Shown piece by piece: positions 1-11,456 of a stretch of 64,000 bases of DNA. Position 1 is the first letter of the stretch. Each line of letters starts with the position of its first letter. Source of the DNA: Nitrospirales bacterium (GTDB lineage: Bacteria > Nitrospirota > Nitrospiria > Nitrospirales > UBA8639); NCBI GenBank assembly GCA_965203295.1, contig CBDBCZ010000018.1, positions 1,184,001 through 1,248,000 of the forward strand. Reading direction: 5' to 3'. The notes beneath the pieces are model-generated. The model was not told the origin of the DNA. It did no database searches and saw nothing but the letters and a program-made list of their open reading frames with translations. Position numbers and translations under genes: made by a program.

Positions 1-4
1 ATGT

Positions 5-1097
<1,093 letters not shown>

Positions 1098-1143
1098 ATC
1101 ACATTATAAGCCTACATAAGCAATACCGGGCGAGTACACGTAC

Positions 1144-3311
1144 CTGAGTCGGATCAGTGGTGATGTCAATCTTGCTTTCTTTTTGCTCGGTCTGAGGTTG
1201 GGGCTGGGCCTGGAATGGAATGGAATGGAGTGAAAAAATATAAATTTTCAAAGCAGCGAAAATTCCTATTACTGTAGAGTACGTATCAAGTGCCCATGGG
1301 CGGGGAACCTTAGAATGCAGCGGAAGAGAGGGGTGGGCGCTTACTACGTATTCGTCCGCAAACGGCATGTAGTATCCGCCCACCACCCTGGAAGTGAGGA
1401 ATCTTCACTATAATATATTTTCTACCACGATATTGTACTATCCAGGTGAGCTAAACTTATAACTAAAGCGCAGTGAGCAAAGTCAAGCAGTAAAATTTGA
1501 TCTGTAGTGTGCTTTAATTAGAATACCGACGGTAAGTCAGCTAGCTGCTTCGTATATTTCGCAGTTATATGTATGCTTTTACAGCTATTCTATTACATAT
1601 GCTTCAATTGTTGGTTAAAGAAGGCTATACTTACCTTGTTTCCTCACTTCACATCGTGCGTTTGCAACGCGTTCGAGTGGGCGGATACTACGTGAATAAA
1701 CGTACCCCTTGCAGGAAGTTAACACGTACTCTACGGTATAACTTAAGCATAGGAGTACAGTAGAACCCATATTTAAGGGATACCCCTGAAATTCACTTCT
1801 GTATTAAGGACTCTCCCCAATTACGCTTTCTTAGTATGAATTTACACATGAAATGAGGACACATTTCTATACAAAACACTCCCAAAGTATCCACAACAGA
1901 GAAGCTCCACTGTAAATGCAGTCCATGAGCACATCGGAAGTGTGTATGAGGGCCTAGACCCACTTTATCCACCGAGATACATTGCAAACTCTTCCGAGAC
2001 GATAAGCTTTCTGAGAGAGTAAAGAAATCCCAAAAAATGGGACCCAGCTGGGGATTGAACCCAGGACCTTCTGAATAGTAGTCAGATACTCTTACCAGTT
2101 GAGCTACTGGAGCCCCCTTGGCAGAGGAGTAGTAGGCAAGCTCTATATAGCCACTAAACCCGCTAGTAGCACTTGCCAGTAGGACCCAGCCAATTCTAAC
2201 CCCTCCCTGATGATAACCAGGGAGGCACTGGGAATGAGAGTGATTAAGGGATGGATAAATACAAAACATTGCAAGTACTGCAAACGATCTCGAGGATATT
2301 TAGCATAGCTAGCTAGACTACGCGGCTCCGCATGGACTTCACTCGAGTCGCCAGTCCTTCTATCTTTCAGCAGATGAGTGCCAGGTGATCTGGGAACATT
2401 TTTTTTTAACTGTGGAGCAAACCTTTTTGAGCGGCTGACAACTGAAAGACTGTGCAACCGTCGTGGCTATAGAGTAAGAACTTTATGCGGAAATGTAGAA
2501 TATCCGACTCTCGGAAGAGGGTGTGGTCTCAGGGTTAGGGCCAGGGTATAGTCGCTGGCCCGCAAGACTAGCTAGGGTAGGGTTAGGGCTAGGGTTAGGG
2601 CTAGGGTTTAGTCTCGGGCCCGCATGACTAGCTAGGGTAGGGTTAGGGCTAGGGTTTAGTCTCGGGCCTGCATGACTAGCTGGGGTAGGGTTAGGGCTAG
2701 GGCTTAGTCTCTGGCCCGCGAGACTAGCTGGGGTAGGGTTAGGGCTAGGGTATAGTCGCTAGCCCGCAAGACTAGTTAGGGTAGGGTTAGGGCTAGGGTT
2801 AGAGAACGTAGACCACACCCACTTCAGGGAGTCGGCTATCCTGCATGATCCCTTCTGTGTATATATATAGCTTGTAGGAAAGTTTGAGAAGGGATCGAAA
2901 CTCAATCAAGCGATCAAGGTCATTTTTAGGAGACGATCAAGGGATCAGGAAAAAATCCGAGCAAGAAAAAACAATCAACAATTAGCCTCCAACATTAAGG
3001 AGGCGTGGCTACGTTTTATCCTTGGAAGCTATAAAAATTAAGTGATCAAGTAGTACAGAAAGACCGATCAAGTAAGATTTTCGCCATCAAAATCTTTGAT
3101 CCCGTTCGTAAACGTTTCTACAGACAGTATGTACGTGACCACCCCTTAGTATCATCAGATTTACCCCCGCCGCTTTAGTGAGCCCACGTTTAGTAGCTAC
3201 TCTGCTGGTTACCTCTAGCGTCTTTGCGATGCTGTTGCTGGTGGTGAACTTTTTCCCCTTCCCTTTCTTGCGCTTGTCTTTCTTGGCAAAGAAATCGTCC
3301 AAGTCGGCCAT
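1144..3311 (-). CDS. CDV3: CDV3 homologue, 5' part: exon 1 3311-3213, probable exon 2 1209-1144; gene continues off the left edge
   Basis: MADLDDFFAKKDKRKKGKGK matches the characteristic CDV3 N-terminus (LDDFFAKKDKKK). Phase-0 donor GAG|GTAAC. Exon 2 is bounded by ttccag| and CAG|gtacgt (66 nt, AQPQPQTEQKESKIDITTDPTQ). Confidence 0.85.
1272..1736. mobile_element. Tc1/mariner-type MITE in the CDV3 intron
   Basis: TA|CTGTAGAGTACGT ... ACGTACTCTACGG|TA, plus an internal inverted GTAGTATCCGCCCAC / GTGGGCGGATACTAC. Confidence 0.7.
1758..1912. mobile_element. pogo/Tigger-like MITE (family also at 46985-47781, 51316-51490 and 58452-63750)
   Basis: TA|CAGT...ACTG|TA termini. The internal motif CTGAAATGAGGACAC is shared among the copies. 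Confidence 0.75.
1976..2197 (-). mobile_element. tRNA-Thr-derived interspersed repeat, copy 1 (tRNA-like part 2115-2039)
   Basis: Reverse strand GGGGCTCCAGTAGCTCAACTGGTAAGAG...GGTTCAATCCCCAGCTGGGTCCC has A and B boxes. Flanks are shared with the copy at 18680-18905. Confidence 0.8.
2493..2846. mobile_element. TIR element filled with telomere-like (TTAGGG/CTAGGG) tandem units
   Basis: About 37-bp imperfect TIR (ATGTAGAATATCCGACTCTCGGAAGAGGGTGTGGTCT / AGACCACACCCACTTCAGGGAGTCGGCTATCCTGCAT) around about 5 units of roughly 48 bp. Confidence 0.75.
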
Positions 3312-3329
3312 GCTGCCGGCTGTGAGAAG

Positions 3330-3400
3330 TCATGTGATTTAGCCAAGAAAGCACGTGAGTCCCGGTTTATTTTCGCGAGCAATTAATTCTTGCGAATAGG
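3330..3400 (-). promoter_or_regulatory. Probable CDV3 proximal promoter
   Basis: CpG-rich stretch just upstream of the ATG with a CACGTG E-box and a TTTCGCGAG (TCTCGCGAGA-like) motif. Confidence 0.45.
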
Positions 3401-3589
3401 CGTACAATCACAGTCCGTTTTGCCATCATACCGTAGATAATATTACATTATCTATGGTTTTGCATTTAACTTCCAAATAGGGTCTAAACTATTATTGCAT
3501 CAATATTCTACTATGGATAACTTGGAGTATGGATGGCTATGCTCTAGCTAACTAGCCCTTTCTCTTGTAGACCCTAGTATCAGGGGCCC

Positions 3590-3950
3590 ATATTTGAAAA
3601 AAGGTATGACACGCACCCACCAAGTTGGTTGGTTGTTTGGGCAAGTCAGCAAAAAAGGTCCCAAAAACTAGGGGATTTTTTTGCAGGCAAGAGTTTAGAT
3701 TCTGGCAGTACAAGCGGTAGAGGATGCCTCATATCTAATTACATGTATTCATTATAGTTGGCATGTACTTGCATCTACATGTACTGATTTCATGTTATGG
3801 TTTACTCAGCGGCAGCTCGCCACTGTTTTTGGCCATGGTCACTTGATCAGTTAGTGTGAAGTGAGGGTTGGGTCAAATTAGTTAACTATTTATGATGTCA
3901 GTGCATGGTTAATTAATTTTTTATGACGTAATTATGACGCTTTGTGACGT
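3590..3950 (+). repeat. Interspersed repeat, second copy at about 46420-46770
   Basis: Shared CACCAAGTTGGTTGGTTGTTT...CCCAAAAACTAGG...GGCAGTACAAGCGGTAGA. Confidence 0.8.
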
Positions 3951-4239
3951 AGTCAGTAGCTTGTTTCAAGGGGTCTGCAAAAAAGGGGCTGTGCATCATG
4001 GACTTTTTTCGCTGGGGCCTCCTGCTAGTATGGGCTTTTTTTGTTTCTTTGCAGAGTAAAGTGGCCTAAACCAGTAATAGGGTTAAGCCTAGGAAGAGCC
4101 ATAGTGATAGTGCCACTGAAAAATGCAGTGAAGGTTGCTACACTATAGCAAAAAACATTATTGGTAGCTAGCTAGCTAGCTAGTTAGCCTGTGAGCTGCC
4201 CATGCTCTGAGCCATTTAATATAATTATGCACATCTCAG

Positions 4240-6970
4240 AGCTGATAGCCGTCACAGCATATAGAGGAAACAACGGGTGATGTCAGATTTTATTACATTT
4301 TGTTTTTACAGTGCAACAGCTGATATATAGCTGCACAGAGCACAGTGGAAACAGCTGAAAGTTGTCATAGAACTATAGAGGAAATAGCTGTCACTGCATA
4401 CAGGAAACAGGTGCTATAGCAGCCGCAGTCAGATGGGGAAAAAAGAACCTACTGTTCTTATCCATGGAGTAAATCAAAAAATTACTGTCATATTGACTAA
4501 TGGTTGTGTTGTTTGAACGAGTGCATACACAGGTCATTACATGGAAGTTTCAGCCAAGTTGGTGTTAGGGAGTTCATCAAGAATGCCGAAAACCCATCAT
4601 CAACAAGCAAATTAATGCATCACTAAATTTAATGCATCTCCCCCTTGTTAAGGATGAGAACCACAATATATTTCATCAATGAAGATGATTCGTGAAGGTT
4701 TTTTTCCTGCATCCCTGAAACACTCTCTCAATAGCTGAAGCAATTAATTGCACTAATATTTGGTTTACATTGTTAATTTGCTCACATTAATAATGTGATT
4801 TCTGAATTTTTGATAATATTATTTCTCAAGGCAGTGTAAACTAGACGTGGTAATAACTTCTTATCTTTCATGCAGCGATCCAAAAGGTCGTTACATTTGT
4901 CAGACACATTTTTTTTATGTTCATTATGAAATTTTTTACAGAGCATGGCGGAAACAACTGATAGCTGACCACAGCATAATATAAAGGAAACAAAAGGAAT
5001 TTGTTTTTACTATGCATGGAGGAAGCAGCTGATATATAGCTGTCACAGCATAGAGGAAAACAGCTACTAGCTGTCACCACACTGAGGAAACAGCTGATGG
5101 GTGTTTTTCCCCCCACATTCCTGAAATATTTTCATTGTAGGCTACCTCGCTGAAGCAATTAATTGCAACTGCAAGGAATGTTGGAATACACTGTAGGAAA
5201 TGCAATAGTGATCCATTAATTTTCTCACACTGATAATGTGTTCTGATAACTTGATAGAATATTCTCAAGTCAGTCAGTGTAAAACAGTATCTTATTATCT
5301 TTTATAAAGCGATGAAGAAGGTTGTTACATTAATTTTATTTTTTGTTAGTAATGTCAGTCACTTTAGTGATCCATTAAGTTGCTCACATTGATAATGTGC
5401 TTTCTAAATTTTTCACAGTACAAGTCAAGGTAAACCCAGACGTGGTAATAACTTCTTATCTTTCATGCAGCGATCCAAAAGGTCGTTACATTTGTTAGAC
5501 ACTATTTTCTTTGATGTTCATTATTAATTTTTTACAGAGCGTGGCAGAAACTGATATCTAACCACAGCATATAGAGGAAACAAAAGGAATTTGTTTTTTA
5601 TTACCCACGAAGGAAACAGCTGATAGCTAGCTGCCCACAGCATAGAAGAAAACAGCTTATGGGTGTTTTCCCCCCCACATTCCTGAAATATTTTCATTGT
5701 AGCTCGCTGAAGCAATTAATTGCAACTGCAAGGAATGTTGGAATACACTATAGAAAATGCAATAGTGATCCATTAATTTCCTCACACTGATAATGTGTTT
5801 CTGCATACTTGATAGAATATTCTCAAGTCAGTCAGTGTAAAACAGTATCTTATTATCTTTTATAAAGCGATGAAGAAGGTTGTTACATTAATTTTGTCAA
5901 ACATAACATTATTTTTTGTTTGTAATGTCAGTCACTGCTAGATATCTACAGCAATCTAAACAGTAGCTGTAGGTGCTGTCAGATGTCATGCACATTTTGT
6001 TTATACTGTGCATGGAGGAAGCAGATGATAGTTGCATAGAGGAAGAAGGTGCTAGCAGTCACCACACAGAGGTAACAGCTGGTTTGTTGTTTGTTTTATG
6101 GTTGTTTTTTCCACACATTCCCGAAACACTTACTCTGTAGCTGATTCAGTTAGCTAAGTGCAACTGCATTTGGATTACATTGTCGACCAGGAATGTTGAG
6201 ACACAAGGAAACACACTATAGTGATCCATTACTGCTCACATTGATAATGTGCTTTCTGAATTTTTCACAGTACAAGTCAGAAATGGTAATAACTTCTTAT
6301 CTTTCATGCAGCGATCCAAAAAGTCGTTACATTTTGTTAGACACTTTTTTTTTTGATGTTCATCATTAAATTTTACAGAGCATGGCAGAAACTGATAGCT
6401 GACCACAGCATAAAGAAGAAACAAAAGGAATTTGTTTTTATTACCCATGGAGGAAACAGCTGATAGCTTGCTGCCCACAGCATAGAGGAAAACAGCTGCT
6501 AGCTGTCACTGCATAGAGGAAACAGCTGATGGGTGTTTTCACCCACAATCCTGAAATATTGTAGCTAGCTGAATTAATTGCAACTGCATTTGGATTACAA
6601 TGTTAACAAGGAATAGTTGGAAACACTAGGAATCACACTAGTGATCCATTAATTAGCTCACATTTGCTTTCTGCTTTCTTGCTAGAAATTCACTTTCAAG
6701 TCAGTCAATGTAAAACAGCTACGATAGTATCTATTATCTTCCATACAGCAATCCAGAAGTTTGTCATTAATTTTGTCAAACATAACATTTATTGTTTTTA
6801 GTGATGTTCATCGTATATGTGGTGGAAACAACTGATGGCTGACCATATAAAGAAACCAGTCGGTACTGACAGATTTTACTACTGCTTTTACTATGCATGG
6901 AGGAAACTGTTGATAGCTGTCACAGCATAGAGGAAATTGCTGATAACTGCAGGTCACAGTGTAGAGGAAC
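4240..6970 (+). repeat. Complex repeat built on a CATAGAGGAAACAGCTGATAG motif, including three related blocks starting near 4840, 5430 and 6280; relatives at 9180-9660, 12450-12590 and 15480-15950
   Basis: Repeated GGTAATAACTTCTTATCTTTCATGCAGCGATCCAAAA blocks and many GAGGAAACAGCTG motifs. Confidence 0.8.
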
Positions 6971-7069
6971 AGCCACAGGTTTCAGATTATGGAGTGAGAC
7001 CAGGTTGAAAATTTGTATTATAATAGGTAATATAATTATAGCTAGTTCTGTATTATAACAGGTATTATA

Positions 7070-7156
7070 CGAGCCCTTGAATCGCCCCTCTGCAACTAAG
7101 TGCCACGCCGCTTTTGCCATGTTGCAGCAGTTGCAGAGGGGCGATTCAAGGGCTCG
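7070..7156. repeat. Perfect 28-bp inverted repeat with a 31-nt loop
   Basis: CGAGCCCTTGAATCGCCCCTCTGCAACT / AGTTGCAGAGGGGCGATTCAAGGGCTCG. Confidence 0.9.
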
Positions 7157-7357
7157 GGCTTTAAACACAACAAAATATTCATACGCCATCTTACGAGTCC
7201 ATTTTCAAGGTGATAGAGCCAGGGCGATGTAGTGAAAAAGTCCAAAAACGGTCAATGGAGAGTACTGTACTAAACGTGCATTACGTAATCTACAGTACTG
7301 AGCTACACGTGACTTTAATGAGAGTAAAGGTCAACCTTGACCGACCTCCTCTGGACT

Positions 7358-7792
7358 AGAGGAGGTACGTCAGCATCACGTGCTAAGAGGCAACTAGTCA
7401 CATGACCAGTAAGTATATCGAGCTATTTCACTTGGAAGAGAGGATCTGTGCGTTTGTGCGTTACTTTTTTGAGAGGTATTCCAGCTAATAACTGCTATAA
7501 ATCAGCAGTCAATACTTTTACCATCATTGAAGGCATCTACCGTATTTCAGGCGAGTGACTCACCGATATACTCTTGCAGTTCAGCCCGATCTTTAGGTCC
7601 ATGATTTTTGCCTTCAAAAAGTAAGCCTTTTGAGCGGCTGAGCCCCTCTGAGTCCCCGGAAAAATAGCGAGAAAATCGAGCCAACTGCACTTGTCATGCT
7701 TGTGCGCATGCGTAATAGCTAAAAGAACGCAATTAATCGTGCACGCTAGTGCATGACGTAAGGCATAATTCAAACCTTGACGTACCTCCTCT
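7358..7792. mobile_element. Putative non-autonomous DNA element
   Basis: 15-bp inverted repeat AGAGGAGGTACGTCA / TGACGTACCTCCTCT. No clear TSD. Confidence 0.5.
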
Positions 7793-10489
7793 GTTCGCCG
7801 ACCTTGACTACATAAGTCCGTGTGCAGCCTTGGGTGTCGCATTGTAGCATTTTTGTTCCAGGACGTTGATGTGAATTTACTTAACACTGTACAACTGATC
7901 TTTTTTGCAGGTGGGTATAAGATAATTTTTCACGATCTGCGATGGCGTTTGTGCATTTTGTTTTTTTTTGTTTTTTGTTGTTGTTGTTGCTTTTGTTGTT
8001 GCATGGGAGAGGCTTTCATCATTAGTGCTAAAATGGCTTGTTTATATACTTGTATTATGCGGTTCCACAGCATTTATGCGGTTGCCTTATATAGTGTTTC
8101 AGAATAGCGTGTGCAGCTGCACGAACGTATTAAAGGGACACCAATCCCTAATAGCTAATCACTCAGATATTCTATATAGGTGAACGCATGGAATGTGTGC
8201 ATGGGACGAATTATATGCATTTGACCGATTCAGTTGGAATCTGTCTTCTGTCTTCTGAATCATGCAGCTGACTATAGCGTCTCTTTGTTTAGAAGAGTAA
8301 TACTCAGTAATAATAATATGGAGATCACTTTCTCACAGCAGGAAGATGCATATGTGTGGTTTCCTTCTACTACTTGTGTCGGTCTTGGCACAAACAAACT
8401 GCCAGTGTAGTGAAGATGAAACACAAAGTGCTGAACTGTCTCATCCATGCAACCAAGTCTATGCTGCACTGGAATCAGCTCTTGTAGACACTGATAATCT
8501 GTATGTGATGAGAAACACGCTATATCCTAGCTCCCGCTTTGCCCCAGCACTGCTGAAGGTGAATTACAACATCCGCCTTTCCGATAATCGTACGTTTACT
8601 ACTACACTGGGTTGGACAGACTCAGGTGTGTTCGCAGCTATCAACCCTCGCACACTCTTTGATCTTCAGCTGCGAATTTTGTATTGGCCGCTGAGAAACA
8701 AGCTGTTGGAGCCTGGAACCATGCATTGAATTAAAACTCCATACACGAAGCAATGAAGTTCTAGATCTCTCCGAGACGTCAACCAATGATGTAACAGAAG
8801 TCCTGAAAATACTGAATGCAAGGGTGAGTGAGATTTCTGTAGTAAGAAAAAAATATTATTAAGCCCATTTGAAGTGCAGTACTCATTGAAAGAGATATCC
8901 TAACGTGTGAGCATTAGTTTATAAGGTTTGAGGACATCATTGGCCTCCTCAATTACACCCCTCACTAGATACCTTTATACGTGGGTTTTAATCAAATAAA
9001 ACCACATCTTTGAAGTAAGAGTACATCGATCGCTGAGATTGGCTCACTGTGCATGTACCAAAGAGATAGTCGCAATAGCCTTTATGTAATAGTGGCCAAC
9101 TGGATACTGCATCTTTATCTTTATAGCGCTAAGTAGTTATACTTATAATAATAACCAAACGGGTTTAGGGTGCAAACTGTAACAGCTGTTTTCTCTTTAC
9201 TGTGACAGCTATATAACTCGTTTCCTCTATATACACTGAATTGTCATTGTATATTAATTACACAATTGAGTGAACACAGCCACAGACCAAGTTGACGTGC
9301 GTATGTCTGGAGGGAGTCCACCAAGAATGCGGGAAACACAGTATTGCTAAATGCAAATAATTATTTCACTAATGTGTTTCCGCATTCTTGAAGCACTCCC
9401 TCTGCAACGGAAACAATTATGATCTACATCGGTTCACATCATTGAGCATGAATGTGGAAACAGATAGGCGATGCATTAATTTGAATGATATTGTGTTTTC
9501 CGCCTTCTTGATGAACTCCCACCAGACACACACACATAATTAACCTTGGCTCTAGATTTGAAACTCAAGCAACAACCGATATGACATTTACTGTGTATGC
9601 TGTGACAACTATCAGCTGATTCTTTTATAATGACAGCTATCAGCTGTTTCCTCCATGTGCAGTAAAAACAAGCACAGTCGTACCGCAGATGGCAGTATAC
9701 GGACAATTATTGAAGAAACGGAAAGTGTGTACGTAAGAAAATTCCAGCGTTTAATTAACGGCACTATAGCTTCCGGTGTGTTTGCAAGACCTAGTACCAC
9801 GAAGTCAGCAGCTGGACGCGCCTGGTTTGCCAGCGGTTTTATAGGCCTATACCTCTGCTATTTACATCCCACGTCTCAAGTTGCAGGCGCTTACCGCTTG
9901 GCCTACAGAAGCCGTTTTGTACGGGCGGTTCGATCGTGCTTCGCGCGAGAGGGGTGCGGTTTTTCTTAGTACATTTTTGTTCGCCCCCCCTGAGCTGCAC
10001 AAAACTGGTACCATTCGAAAGCACTGGAATAGGGCTACAGAATATGCGAAAACTGGATATGTACCGGAGGCAGTCTCCGAGATACGCGCGCTGGTATGCG
10101 GACTGAAAAATTACAAGTTCCTAGTACCACGTGGTGCAAGACAGTGGCTTCTAACCAAGAGTGCAACTGGAGAAGTCATGTCAGGGCACTCAGAACTGCT
10201 GGGCTTTGTGTCATGAACGTCTGAAAGGCATACACAACCATCCTGGGCAGTGAAACTGTGGTACAGTGCCATCCTCAGTATTCCTCACTTCAGCTACTTT
10301 GATATGCTATGCAAGGTCTAGCAAGGCTGATATAAACTAAAATAGATGCTTAAAGCAAGAGATAGGCCTACAGTGAAAAGAAACATGGAAGTTGCTGTGT
10401 ACAATGTACCTGGGTGTAGTGTAACAGCTGTGAGCTGGTAGCTGCAGCTACAGGGCTACCATGAAAGGTAGACTGCATGGTGTAGACAG

Positions 10490-10727
10490 CCCCTCGCAAA
10501 AATCGGAGGGTCTGGTACAGACGCCGTATTGGATTTGCCTGTCTCAGTGTAAAGCATCATAAAAAGATGACATAGAACGTCAGCAAAGGTATATGTACAG
10601 TCCGACCAATCAGATTGCAGGTGCACTGAAGGATCTCTTTAATTCGTCATATAGCATTCACATTCCAAATTAACAGATAAATCCAATACAGTGTCTGTAC
10701 CAGACCCTCCGTTTTTCGCGAGAGGTA
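10490..10727. mobile_element. MITE in the spacer of the long inverted repeat
   Basis: About 45-bp inverted ends: CTCGCAAAAATCGGAGGGTCTGGTACAGACGCCGTATTGGATTT / AAATCCAATACAGTGTCTGTACCAGACCCTCCGTTTTTCGCGAG. Confidence 0.75.
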
Positions 10728-10869
10728 TTAACGCCAGACTTTATGAGAGGTTCCATGACTACATTGATTGTGCTAGCCAGATTTGTGGGAAGCGGTGACT
10801 TGATTATTCTGAAAGTAGTAGGGCCCACATATTCATCTGCCATTGCCAAGTTTGTTAACACAACCTCCT

Positions 10870-11456
10870 GGTCGTTGCTAAAACCCGGGACGGGACGGTC
10901 CCGGCTGCTAAAACACAGGACGATGCGGACGCGCGGAACAAAACAGAAGCTGTGTGACTTTTGTACACTGCTACAAACCCCTAGTTTGTTGCTGGTGGGT
11001 TTGGTTAAACTCTGAGTTGCAAATCTAGAAACATAACTCTCGAGCTAGACTCTCTCGGGCGCGGAAGAGACTATTATATTAAAAAAAATATCGACATGGT
11101 AACAAAGACAGTATTAAACTGTTGCTTGAGAAACAGTAAGGTTGCCAGGCATGATCGAGTGTCTTCAGGCAGCGTGTTTTGTCACTGTAATGCACTGTAT
11201 CGTCAGTGCCTCACTGCGTAAGTCTTACATAGTCTCGTGACCAGACTACTGCGTACGGCGAAAGCAGCAGACTCACCAGCAACAAAACTGCGTGCTGGGG
11301 GCTACAGCAGCGTGCAACAGCCACTCATCCCATAGACAACCTATAGTCATCCACTGATAGCAGCTTGTGTGTGTGTCTCATCCTGTGTTTTAGCAGCCGG
11401 GACGGGACGGAATATTCCGTCACTGTCCCGTCCCGTCCCGGGTTTTAATAACGACC
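10870..11456. mobile_element. Non-autonomous TIR element with an 8-bp TSD (GG termini, Merlin-like)
   Basis: GGTCGTTGCTAAAACCCGGGACGGGACGG / CCGTCCCGTCCCGGGTTTTAATAACGACC, with AACCTCCT on both sides (10862-10869 and 11457-11464). Confidence 0.9.

Noticed and set aside
2530..2805. True telomere or chromosome fusion site
   Set aside because: Short, degenerate, enclosed by inverted ends and located inside an intron.
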